Below, piece after piece: positions 7,868 to 17,754 of a stretch of DNA of 64,000 nt. This stretch comes from an uncultured virus (IMG/VR IMGVR_UViG_3300042868_008205) (lineage: Duplodnaviria; Heunggongvirae; Uroviricota; Caudoviricetes), in IMG/VR virus record IMGVR_UViG_3300042868_008205, positions 1-64,000 of that record; one strand, given 5' to 3'. Every line of letters begins with the position of its first letter. The stretch's first letter is position 1. Made by a program: the position numbers and the translations under genes. Below the pieces are notes generated by a model. That model did no database searches and was not told the DNA's origin. It saw only the letters and a list, made by a program, of their open reading frames with translations.

Positions 7868-10210
7868 TTATGAAGGAGTCATAGTTGGAGTTGGAGTTTT
7901 AGTTGGAGTTACGGTAGGAGTTGCAGTTTTGGTTGGTGTAATGCTTGGTGTCACGGTATTTGTAGGTGTAATACTTGGAGTAACTGTATTAGTAGGAGTA
8001 ACAGTTGGAGTAACTGTATTAGTAGGAGTTGTGGTTGGCGTAGGAGTTGTGGTTGGGGTAGGTGTTGGTAATTCACAAGATAAACACATTATATCATAAA
8101 CAATCGTTAATTCAACAACAATTTCTTGCCCATTTAATGTTGTGTCTCCAGCTCTAGTACTAACTTTTATTTGATTACTTACTGAATCGAAGGACACTCC
8201 CCCAACACCAGGAACTGTTAACAATAAATCTTTAACCGTATCATAATATAAGTTATCGCTTGGTGCCGATACTAATGATGTGGATGTAAAGAAATTTTGA
8301 CTTGTAGTTAAATTCAACGGGTTAACCGAAACCTTAACGCCAAATACCGCAGAAAGTAAATCACAATTTACTTTATCAATTGTTAAATCATTAAACCCTT
8401 CATTTAACATTTGAAGTAATCCATATTTTGTTTGTGATTGAATTGTAAATTGTTCACCACCCATCACATAGGTTTGATATGACACATTAAGAGCACTACA
8501 ATCTATAATTGTACTTCTTGTTAAAATACAACCATCGTCAGCAACAACAGTTAAACTGTATGTCCCTGCGGTCAATCCTGTAACTTGAATTTGTTGTGGA
8601 TTATTAGGAACATTGTCTGACCAATAAAATTCAAATGGTGGTGTTCCTGTTGAAATTAATGCGGTTAACAACCCATCGGAACCTTCTCCACAAGAAGTAT
8701 TATATAATGAAAAATCTAATGGTTCACTTGTGTCAACATAAACTTGTGTCGTTTGAGTACATCCTGTGGCATCGGTAACTGTTATAGTGTGTTGTCCCCA
8801 AGATACATTTGTAAATGTAACTGCAGATAATGAAGTGTCAAAAATATCTTGAGTGGCATCTAATGAATAATAGTAAGGAGGTTGTCCACCATCACTTTTT
8901 GTAACTATAATTGTACCATTAGCTTGATTACAAGTTGTTCCTGTAACCTCAGTTGAAATTGTGTATGTATCTGTCGCAAATAAACTGATTTCTTCTATAA
9001 ACGAACATCCTGAGGCATCTTGAATCGCAACGCTATAAGTTCCTGTTGATAAATTATTAAATAATTGAGACGATTGTGAAGTTGCTATGTTAGAAGTATT
9101 TCCATTAGGATATATTAAGGTGTATAAATATGGTGAAGTTCCTCCCGCTAAAGACACTAAAATAGAACCGTCGCTACTTGAGCATGTTGAACCCTGACTT
9201 GAGATTACTACTGACGCAACACCTAACGGAGTTAATAAAGTTACACTAGCATTTAAAGTACAAAAAGCACAATCCGTAACTAAAAAGTTATAATTACCTG
9301 AAGATAATCCACTAATTGTCCAAGATGTCGATTCTTGTATCGTAAAATTTCCTGTAGAGGCAGAATAATAATAAGGTGCCGTTCCACCTGTAATTTGTAT
9401 TGTTATTGAACCGTCCGCGGCAAAACAAGATGGTTGAACCACAGTAAAGACTCCAAGTCCAATTGGGGAAACATCTGTTACTGTCGCACCTTGACTAGCA
9501 ACACAACCAAAATTATCAGTAACTTGAACTGAATAATTTCCAGCGGTTAACCCTGTAATAAGTGGAGTTGTTTGTCCATTACTCCATAAATAAGTAAATG
9601 GCTGTGTTCCTGTAACACCTGTTATTCCAATTCTTCCCACAGGTGTACCACCACAACTTGAATTTGGTACCACTTGAATACCAAAACTAAGTGGTGTTGA
9701 ATCCTCGATTATAAAATTTTGACTTTCTCCTGAACATCCTCCCAAATCTTCAGCAGTCATATAATATGTTCCCGCAGTTAAACTACCAAAAATAACATTT
9801 GATGTGTTTGTAACTGCTGATGTGATATAACTTCCATTACCCGAATATAAATAAAAGTTTGTTGAGGAATAATCTGAAGTAGATGTTCCTGTCACTATAC
9901 CGTTATCTAAACCGCAAGTGGTACTTTGAACATTTAAAATACTAACACAAATACCTGAAGATATTGGTATGTTAACATAGAATTGTTGGTTTGTTGGTAA
10001 GGTACTATCATTAACTAAAACACCATACGTCCCCGCACTTAAAGATGTTCTAACAGATGGTAATATTGTTACAACATCTGAACCTAAATTTGGTACTTGC
10101 CAATCAATAGTATATGGTGGAGTTCCTCCATACGCTAATATGGATGCACTCCCCGCCGATAGTGATAAACAATCACCTGTTATTGATATGGTATAATTAA
10201 ATGCTGACAT
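7868..10210 (-). CDS. SprB-repeat adhesin-like protein with C-terminal PT tract
   Basis: Multiple SprB-type repeats, e.g. PFTYLWSNGQTTPLITGLTAGNYSVQVTDNFGC and GLTAGTYSLTVVADDGC; ends in TPTNTVTP repeats. Confidence 0.8.
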   Translation of the reverse strand: MSAFNYTISITGDCLSLSAGSASILAYGGTPPYTIDWQVPNLGSDVVTILPSVRTSLSAGTYGVLVNDSTLPTNQQFYVNIPISSGICVSILNVQSTTCGLDNGIVTGTSTSDYSSTNFYLYSGNGSYITSAVTNTSNVIFGSLTAGTYYMTAEDLGGCSGESQNFIIEDSTPLSFGIQVVPNSSCGGTPVGRIGITGVTGTQPFTYLWSNGQTTPLITGLTAGNYSVQVTDNFGCVASQGATVTDVSPIGLGVFTVVQPSCFAADGSITIQITGGTAPYYYSASTGNFTIQESTSWTISGLSSGNYNFLVTDCAFCTLNASVTLLTPLGVASVVISSQGSTCSSSDGSILVSLAGGTSPYLYTLIYPNGNTSNIATSQSSQLFNNLSTGTYSVAIQDASGCSFIEEISLFATDTYTISTEVTGTTCNQANGTIIVTKSDGGQPPYYYSLDATQDIFDTSLSAVTFTNVSWGQHTITVTDATGCTQTTQVYVDTSEPLDFSLYNTSCGEGSDGLLTALISTGTPPFEFYWSDNVPNNPQQIQVTGLTAGTYSLTVVADDGCILTRSTIIDCSALNVSYQTYVMGGEQFTIQSQTKYGLLQMLNEGFNDLTIDKVNCDLLSAVFGVKVSVNPLNLTTSQNFFTSTSLVSAPSDNLYYDTVKDLLLTVPGVGGVSFDSVSNQIKVSTRAGDTTLNGQEIVVELTIVYDIMCLSCELPTPTPTTTPTPTTTPTNTVTPTVTPTNTVTPSITPTNTVTPSITPTKTATPTVTPTKTPTPTMTPS

Positions 10211-13194
10211 TATTCGGTACAGTTGATACTAATATTTATTCCTACGTTTAACAAAACAGTATCCGCAACATTTTGAGTTAAACAAGCCAAGTTAGATATA
10301 GTTAATGTATTACCATTTTGGAAATATGTATACCCATAATTATATAATTGTGGTAAATAATTTTCTAAAGCATCATTCCATTGATTACTAGTTGGAACAT
10401 CACTCATACCATAACCAGTATAAAATAACTGATTAATAATTTCTTCACCACCAATAGTCAAATTTACATACCAATCAGTTCCTACTGAATTTTGACTACA
10501 TTGACTTAGAGTTAAACCACTTTGAGCTAACATATTGTTAATTCTATTAACAAGAATACTACTAAAATTTGATACGGTTATATCACCATTAAACCAAGGA
10601 TATATGTTAAAAACTGCGGACTCACTGTTACAGGTATAATCAAATATATTTGATATAATATAACACGATTCAACGGGAACAGGTACAAATTGACATCCTC
10701 TTTGTCTTCTATAAACAAATTTTTGTTTGTGGAAGATTGAGTTTTCTAATCTGACACCACCATTCCAAATTGTCGTTGCAGGAATCATTTGTTCCACCAA
10801 CTTGGTCCAATATGGTCCAATACCATTAACATAATCTATTAATTTTTGATAGGTGTATTTGTTGTTCGGTAATCCTACAGTTTGTTCTGATTCGATATAC
10901 TTCCAAAAGATTGATTGTAATGTTGGATATCCTCCAGTTTTACCATCACTAATGTATTGTCTATTTCTTGTATTAATCATGTTTTCCCAAAACGTTTGAG
11001 AAAATTCAAAGAAAGTTTTTTTCTTTGGTTCAGGATTAATGTATGTCCAATCAACTCCACCAGGAACAGGATAACCGACAGTTAAACCTGATTCAGGAAT
11101 TGGGTAATCGTATTGTCTTGATTGTTCCCAAACGTCATAAACAAGTCCTTGGGCGGGATTTAAAAATAAATCAATATTCTTAACGTTTAAAACTAGTTTT
11201 TCATTATCAACAAAATAATAAGCATTGTAATCTCCTTGAGTTGAAACTCTAAGTTTGTCATCAGTTGATAACCAAGATTTATTATTATCAACTACTTTTT
11301 GTAGTTTAAATCCTTCATTCATATACGGAAAATCTCTATATCTGTTAAGATAAGTTTGACCATATGTAAAAGGAGTTAATTGAGTTTGGATATCATAATT
11401 TTGTCCTGTATAAACATTACCTGTTAATTGTACCTCATCAGGACTTCTATGTTGTGGTGTTGTTTCATACCAACCCGCACCTATTTGGAAGAAGTATGTT
11501 TCAGTATTTACAGGTGCCTTAGGGTAACCTTCAGCGTCCATCGGATAATCTTCTAATCTAATACTAACATCTTGATAAGTCGCGGTTGATGTAAACGCGC
11601 TATATATTCGTCCCTTAATTTTATATGTATCACCAGGTAAATAACTTGGAACTCTATCCTCATAAGTACCTCCTGATATTTGAGCCCATTGGGTATAGAA
11701 TTGGTCAAGGTTAATTTTTTGGTCTGCCAAGTAAATGTGTTCATTATATTCAATTAATGAATCAGGTGCCCCGATTAATCTTAATAAGAACTCAATGGAC
11801 CTTCTTGTTCCTTTTGATTTAAAAAGATAAGAAGCATTAAGAATTAAGTTTCTATAGTAAGCATAATTTAATTCTGTTGGTGTAAGAGCCCTTGCATATC
11901 CAGGATATGTAGGAGTTGATGTATTACCAAAAACAGAACTTAAGAAATCTTCATTGGTTATTGGTGAAAAGTTTGACGACCATCCTAAAGTCCTTGCCAA
12001 GTTAACCAACAATTCAGATGGTATATCATTTGAAGGGTTATAGTTAACCGAATTCATATACGCCAATCCATCAATAAATTGTTTTATTTGGTCAAAACTT
12101 CTACCATAGATTTGGAATATTTTTTCAACTTTTTGACCCAAAGTATCAAACTCTTTCAACGAATCTGTTACTAAAAATCTTGAAATTAAATTTGTTTTAA
12201 ACGAATCTAAATTAACTGAAATTTCTTGAATTTGTTCCAAATAAGCATCAAACAAAAATGAACTAATATCTAAATTCCAAGGACCTTGTTTTGGCCAAGT
12301 AACTCGTTTATATTCGGTATATGTTTGACCATATTCATTTTGTTGTGGAACTTGAAATATTGCAGTATATTCGGGTCTAACTAATCTATTAAGTAAAAAT
12401 TGCTCAATTTCGTCAAACGATTCTTGGAATATCTTATCAACAATAAAGTCATTTGGTCTGATTTGATAATCGTCATTAATTGTTGTTGCAGTTGTACCAA
12501 ATGGTGCTCCTGAAACATAAAATTGAACATAACCTGAAGATAAAGTATTTGAAGGTGAAAAAGAAACTACCTTAAAAATATCATCATTAATACTAACACA
12601 ATAATCTAAGTATGTGTTGTATAAATTTCTATATGGTGATACGGTGATTTCTCTAATTGACAAGTTAGTTGCCGCACTAATTGAATAATCAATATCAAAC
12701 GGATTATTTATCCTATCAACATTTACTTTAAAGTAAGTTTCGTCATTTTGAGCGTCGTATACTATGTCGTATGCGGTATTACCTGTTACATAATCATCAT
12801 TATTAAACACAACATCTAAGGATGCTGGAAAATAATTAACAATTTTAGTGATGGACACGCTAAATCTTTTAGAAAGAGAGCCATACATTGAAAAGTTAAG
12901 GACCTGAGAAATATCATAGTTAGGGTAAACCCTAAATTGGGTGGCAAGAATTCTTCTACTCTCAATCAAATCATCAATACCCATCATTTCTAATGACATT
13001 GGTTCAGAGAACGCACCAACATTAAAAGTTCTGTTTACCTTTTCTGTTACACCAGTTGTAAATTCAAAATTACCTTGCGTAAGTCCTCCACCCTCAACAG
13101 TTTGTAATCCTACAATATTGTCAGAGAAGGTACCCGCACCATTACCTGGTCTTGGAGGGTAAAAGTATTTAGTATTTTTGGTTTCTACCGCCAT
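10210..13194 (-). CDS. Baseplate wedge protein (P2 gpI / T4 gp7-like domain)
   Basis: LLVNLARTLGW...NLILNASYLFKSKGTRRSIEFLLRLIG resembles the Tail_P2_I motif; baseplate context. Confidence 0.65.
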   Translation of the reverse strand: MAVETKNTKYFYPPRPGNGAGTFSDNIVGLQTVEGGGLTQGNFEFTTGVTEKVNRTFNVGAFSEPMSLEMMGIDDLIESRRILATQFRVYPNYDISQVLNFSMYGSLSKRFSVSITKIVNYFPASLDVVFNNDDYVTGNTAYDIVYDAQNDETYFKVNVDRINNPFDIDYSISAATNLSIREITVSPYRNLYNTYLDYCVSINDDIFKVVSFSPSNTLSSGYVQFYVSGAPFGTTATTINDDYQIRPNDFIVDKIFQESFDEIEQFLLNRLVRPEYTAIFQVPQQNEYGQTYTEYKRVTWPKQGPWNLDISSFLFDAYLEQIQEISVNLDSFKTNLISRFLVTDSLKEFDTLGQKVEKIFQIYGRSFDQIKQFIDGLAYMNSVNYNPSNDIPSELLVNLARTLGWSSNFSPITNEDFLSSVFGNTSTPTYPGYARALTPTELNYAYYRNLILNASYLFKSKGTRRSIEFLLRLIGAPDSLIEYNEHIYLADQKINLDQFYTQWAQISGGTYEDRVPSYLPGDTYKIKGRIYSAFTSTATYQDVSIRLEDYPMDAEGYPKAPVNTETYFFQIGAGWYETTPQHRSPDEVQLTGNVYTGQNYDIQTQLTPFTYGQTYLNRYRDFPYMNEGFKLQKVVDNNKSWLSTDDKLRVSTQGDYNAYYFVDNEKLVLNVKNIDLFLNPAQGLVYDVWEQSRQYDYPIPESGLTVGYPVPGGVDWTYINPEPKKKTFFEFSQTFWENMINTRNRQYISDGKTGGYPTLQSIFWKYIESEQTVGLPNNKYTYQKLIDYVNGIGPYWTKLVEQMIPATTIWNGGVRLENSIFHKQKFVYRRQRGCQFVPVPVESCYIISNIFDYTCNSESAVFNIYPWFNGDITVSNFSSILVNRINNMLAQSGLTLSQCSQNSVGTDWYVNLTIGGEEIINQLFYTGYGMSDVPTSNQWNDALENYLPQLYNYGYTYFQNGNTLTISNLACLTQNVADTVLLNVGINISINCTE

Positions 13195-14102
13195 TAGGTT
13201 GTTATTGTTGTAAAGTTTTTACTAAAATCAATGTTATTTCCTCTACTTTGTCTAACCTCATATAATAGAGCATTAAATTGGTCTCTGATTTCATATAGGT
13301 TGTATTGTCTATAGATGTTATTTTGAGTATCGTAAATTGTATAGATACCGTCATCAATAGATTTTGTTTGATTACCATAAAGAGCAATTGCAAGAGATGA
13401 TACATCATATTCAACCATTTCTATTTCTAAAGTAACAGGATTAAAAAACGTATTACTGATTATAATATTTTGATTTGGTTGACCAATAAATGGAGTCGCA
13501 TTTGGCTTATTTGTTGGTGAAGACGAAGGTGATAAAGTTAAGAATATTAAATTTGAATTACCGTCAACATATCTATATCTTATTGATTTTTGAGTTGTGT
13601 TTACTTCATTACTTACAACAGGTTCACAAAAGAAAGACGATGTAACTACCCTAAAAAAGTTAGGTATTTTTGACCCATCAGGATTTAAATACTCAATTCT
13701 AAAACCAACTAATCCTTGAGGGACAAATTTATTTTGAAATTGTACTGGTACATTAGTTATATCAATTATAATACCTTTAACATTTGGTAATGCACTTAAC
13801 ACACCGCAATCAGTAATTTTGGTTCTGATTTGAGCGGGTCTCAAATATAAAGTATAGATACCAAGAGCGTTGAACTGTTGTGCAGGTAGTGTTAAATTAT
13901 ATAATCCACCAATAATCTCAACGTTCGCATTTCCACCTGTCTCAGTGTTATTGAAATAAGGTTTTAATATTGTTTGTGCGTCAAGTTCTGTTAGAATAAA
14001 GTTATCCGTAACATCTCTTGATGCTGTGTAGTTCATTATTATCTGAACATCTTCAGGACTAACGTCCGAAGGTCTTATTGTTCCATATGAGCCGATTGCC
14101 AT
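13194..14102 (-). CDS. Putative structural protein (baseplate region)
   Basis: 302-aa ORF with TATTTATA upstream; coupled to the downstream gene. Confidence 0.6.
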   Translation of the reverse strand: MAIGSYGTIRPSDVSPEDVQIIMNYTASRDVTDNFILTELDAQTILKPYFNNTETGGNANVEIIGGLYNLTLPAQQFNALGIYTLYLRPAQIRTKITDCGVLSALPNVKGIIIDITNVPVQFQNKFVPQGLVGFRIEYLNPDGSKIPNFFRVVTSSFFCEPVVSNEVNTTQKSIRYRYVDGNSNLIFLTLSPSSSPTNKPNATPFIGQPNQNIIISNTFFNPVTLEIEMVEYDVSSLAIALYGNQTKSIDDGIYTIYDTQNNIYRQYNLYEIRDQFNALLYEVRQSRGNNIDFSKNFTTITT

Positions 14103-14114
14103 TTGTTTTTATTT

Positions 14115-14122
14115 TATAAATA
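14115..14122 (-). promoter_or_regulatory. Late-type motif TATTTATA (representative of 14 copies found)
   Basis: TATTTAT(A) on the coding strand 5-45 nt before starts. Minus strand, copies at 7537, 14115, 22892, 25288, 25504, 33312, 45982, 47864, 49377, 53547, 56431; plus strand at 53591, 58245, 59819. Confidence 0.8.
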
Positions 14123-14124
14123 GT

Positions 14125-15234
14125 TTAGTTCTTTTTTTCAACGTTAAAAAATCCATATCCGTAATTAATCATATCACCAAGATTATCAACTTCACCCAAT
14201 CTTTGTATTCTTTCGTAGGCTGAGTTTTTACCTCTCTCAACATAAATGTTCGTTTGTACTTGTGCCTGGTCAATAACTTTAAGTAATGCTTCATCTTTTG
14301 TGATTGGCGTTTGAGTTAAATTATTTTGAGTAAATCCTGAAGATTGTTCAAAAAATAAAGTTATTCCTGTTATATAATCATAATAATTTACGTCATTAAT
14401 TGTATATGCCGTGAAAATTGGATTCATGTCAGTAATCGCTCCCCATATTCTTCCGTTTTTAATTACAGGTACTCCTACCACATATTTTACAGAACCATAC
14501 AACGCCAAATCAGTGACACTTGATTTTGTTATTCCTGATATAGTATAAGGTACCGTAACATAATTAAAAGATGTTTGAGCGGAAACTTCATTAACCGCAT
14601 CACCTGAGAATATATAGTCGTAACTTACGGGTGTTTTAACCCAATTACCTCCCGAAGGAATAAAAAATGCTTCGCCATTAGGGTTGTTTATAACAACATT
14701 CGAATAAGGTGTTGTAATCGTCTTTGTAACTCTTGTAACACCCCAAGGATTTGTTTGCTCTAACGAAATATTATAAGTTCTGTTTGCAACAGGATATGTA
14801 TGACTTAATGAATTTGGTACGTAAGTAGTAATTGTTTGTTTTGGAGAACCATCACCCCAATCCACTTTATATGCTGACAAATCAAGGAATTTTTGAAATT
14901 CACTCGATGTGTTATAAATGTTATAAGTATATGGGTTTGATGTGGTCGATGAAAATATGAAATTAGCAACAACATCCTTCTGTAATACTGCACCATCAAA
15001 TGGACTATAGTATCCAACATCAATTGCGGTTTGTCTGATTAATATTGGAATGGTTAAACCTGTTAACAATGAGGTTCCGTTAGGACCTGATGTCACTACC
15101 TCAGTCATCGCAGAGTAAACCCCTACCGTTTGTCCTGAATAAGTCGAACTAACATCTTGTCCTTGTAAATTAACCGTAAAGATATCCCCTTTAATTGTTT
15201 GGGGTGATATTATAATATTATAAAAATCTTCCAT
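14125..15234 (-). CDS. Putative structural protein with PKD-like Ig domain
   Basis: YKVDWGDGSP...SHTYP...YNISL resembles the PKD signature. Confidence 0.6.
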   Translation of the reverse strand: MEDFYNIIISPQTIKGDIFTVNLQGQDVSSTYSGQTVGVYSAMTEVVTSGPNGTSLLTGLTIPILIRQTAIDVGYYSPFDGAVLQKDVVANFIFSSTTSNPYTYNIYNTSSEFQKFLDLSAYKVDWGDGSPKQTITTYVPNSLSHTYPVANRTYNISLEQTNPWGVTRVTKTITTPYSNVVINNPNGEAFFIPSGGNWVKTPVSYDYIFSGDAVNEVSAQTSFNYVTVPYTISGITKSSVTDLALYGSVKYVVGVPVIKNGRIWGAITDMNPIFTAYTINDVNYYDYITGITLFFEQSSGFTQNNLTQTPITKDEALLKVIDQAQVQTNIYVERGKNSAYERIQRLGEVDNLGDMINYGYGFFNVEKKN

Positions 15235-16082
15235 TATTTTGGATTAACGTATTCATACCATTTTATGGGTACCGTTACCCCAGCCCTTTGATTAAGACCA
15301 TTTTGACTATAAGCATTCTGATACGGGTTCATATTAAACACTTGGTAGTTGTGTTTCTCGTAATCCAACTTAACTCTATAATAGAAACATTTTGTATTAT
15401 CAAAAGTGTATTTATCTCCTATTAATGACGATTGTGGTATATTCATCATTTTAACAAAATAACCTTTTTTAGCATCATAGAATTTAGCCGCCATAAAGAA
15501 TGTGTCAATGTCCAAGAAATTTCTTTTCTTTAACCAATAAACAAAGAATCCTTCTTTATCCCCAACATAATCCAATACAAAATAAGGTTTTTTAATCTTA
15601 ACAGGTGTTCGTTGCATTAACGCGTCCATTGTTAAACCCTGTTGTGTCGGGATTATAATTGTTATGTAGTTTTTTTGTCTTTTTTCGTCCACATTGTCGT
15701 AGAAATCCAATTTGAAAAATGAATTAGAAAAGTTGTTTGTGTAATAATAAATCTCATCAGTTGTGAAACCTTCCATTTGATAGTTACACCCCCAACTTGT
15801 TGATGCACTTAAAGAACCTCCCGAATAAAAATTAAATTCATATTGGATGTCTGTAATTTCATCATATTGATGTGTTGCAGTATTAAAGAATGTATATGGA
15901 GCATTTGGAAATCTATCAACTTCAAAATCTCCACCAATTCCAACAACTTGTTCTATGATGTTTGCCTCATATTCTTCAATACTTTGGTCCAATCCCAAGT
16001 AATCCCAAGTTAATTGTACGGGTATTGTTATTTCTCTGTCAACAAACCCTTCTTGTCTTATTTGTATCTTATTCACATCCAT
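15234..16082 (-). CDS. Hypothetical structural protein
   Basis: 282-aa ORF in a tightly packed operon. Confidence 0.6.
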   Translation of the reverse strand: MDVNKIQIRQEGFVDREITIPVQLTWDYLGLDQSIEEYEANIIEQVVGIGGDFEVDRFPNAPYTFFNTATHQYDEITDIQYEFNFYSGGSLSASTSWGCNYQMEGFTTDEIYYYTNNFSNSFFKLDFYDNVDEKRQKNYITIIIPTQQGLTMDALMQRTPVKIKKPYFVLDYVGDKEGFFVYWLKKRNFLDIDTFFMAAKFYDAKKGYFVKMMNIPQSSLIGDKYTFDNTKCFYYRVKLDYEKHNYQVFNMNPYQNAYSQNGLNQRAGVTVPIKWYEYVNPK

Positions 16083-17754
16083 CTATTAAAGGTTTTACAG
16101 GGTAACTAACTCCAAGTAATGCAGAGTTATAGTTTATTCCTTCAGGGATTAATCTAAATTGAACTTCCTTAAATGGGTATTGAGCCCTATTAAGAAATGG
16201 ATAATCTACACCCCTGTCCAAATTATCAATAAACCCATAACTGTATATATCTCTCCATCTGAATTGTTGGTCAGAATTTGAGAAATAAGAGTAAGCAGGT
16301 ACATTATCCACAAATTGAATATCTCCTGTCTCAATGTAGTCAGAGAATACTCTAACTGTCATTGATGTGTGGGGCTCATAATAAAAACCAGGTGCGTTCG
16401 TATCTGAAGTTGAAGTTGTTTGGAAAATATCTTGATTATATTTTATCTTTTGATAATAAGGTGCCACAACTCTTTCTGTTTGGTCGTAGTCATTCCACTC
16501 ACAAAAATCACCGTCAATAGTATCACCCGACATTAGATTTTGGTTATAATAAAATGTTTTGGAAGACAATGTATATGCCGATGTTTTGATATTTGTATTT
16601 GATTTTAAATTAGTACCATCCCACCAATAATTTGCAGTACTAGTTAAATTAAACTCCCAACCTTGTTTTAACCCAATACCATTGTTTGGTTTGTTGAAGT
16701 ATCCTGTATAACCCTTATTGATTATGGTTAAAAACAATTCGCTAACAGGTCTTTTTTGGTTATCAATTACATCATTAAGATTTAAATCATAATTCACCGT
16801 AATGTTATAAGAATTACTACTTGTTTTTTGAGAAACTCTTGAAACTCTGTTGGGTGTAATTGAACTAAATTCAAATTGTCTTTCTTCAGGAAATACATTT
16901 TTTTCAAACGCATTTTTTGTCATAATACAATCTTCAAGATTTGTTATAATCTTATGTTCTCTGACGTAGTATTTTGACGTAGTTTCTAAAATATTATCAG
17001 GATTGGTAACTCTTTTGAAAGTACCTGTCACATTATTTGCAAAAGTTGCCCCAGAATAACCAACATTAAAAAGGTTAAAAATATAGACATCACTACCAAA
17101 ATTATCATTACCTAATGAATAAACTTGGAATAACTTAATATTGTTATAATTAATCGACAATTCGACATATTCTCCCACAGATAAACCGTGTGGTGATATA
17201 CATTGGAAACTTATAACATTGTTTCCGTTTTGAACATTATTTTTAATGTAAAATGGAATTCCTTGATTTGCATACCAAGTTAAACTTGTACCATTTAATG
17301 TATATGATAATTGTTTATCGTAATTGTTTTTATGAGGATAACTAACGTAATAAGTCCAATTGTATGTGTAAGCGCTTTTGGCTCGATAAGTAATGTGTTG
17401 GTCACTTACATCGGGTCTATAAAAATCAAATTCATAGTATTGTGGAAACCCTTTCCATATCTTATTATCCATTGACGCTATTTGGTCTGCATAATATAAC
17501 GTGTTTACAAATGGAGTATAATTAGTAGTTCCAGTATAGGTATTGGCATAAAAATAATTAACCTTAAATGTTGGTCTAAAAATGTTGTTTAACTGTCTTT
17601 CATCATCGTAGATTTGAGCTAAACTAATACTTTGACTTCTATCATATTCGGTAATTTGTTGACTTTGTTGTTCTAAAGACAATGAAATTTCTTGGTCAAC
17701 CGCTGGTGCTGACTTATACTCTAAACCACTTGGTATAATTGTATATTTATTCAC
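16069..17754 (-). CDS. Hypothetical structural protein
   Basis: 561-aa ORF overlapping both neighbours. Confidence 0.6.
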   Translation of the reverse strand: MNKYTIIPSGLEYKSAPAVDQEISLSLEQQSQQITEYDRSQSISLAQIYDDERQLNNIFRPTFKVNYFYANTYTGTTNYTPFVNTLYYADQIASMDNKIWKGFPQYYEFDFYRPDVSDQHITYRAKSAYTYNWTYYVSYPHKNNYDKQLSYTLNGTSLTWYANQGIPFYIKNNVQNGNNVISFQCISPHGLSVGEYVELSINYNNIKLFQVYSLGNDNFGSDVYIFNLFNVGYSGATFANNVTGTFKRVTNPDNILETTSKYYVREHKIITNLEDCIMTKNAFEKNVFPEERQFEFSSITPNRVSRVSQKTSSNSYNITVNYDLNLNDVIDNQKRPVSELFLTIINKGYTGYFNKPNNGIGLKQGWEFNLTSTANYWWDGTNLKSNTNIKTSAYTLSSKTFYYNQNLMSGDTIDGDFCEWNDYDQTERVVAPYYQKIKYNQDIFQTTSTSDTNAPGFYYEPHTSMTVRVFSDYIETGDIQFVDNVPAYSYFSNSDQQFRWRDIYSYGFIDNLDRGVDYPFLNRAQYPFKEVQFRLIPEGINYNSALLGVSYPVKPLIDGCE

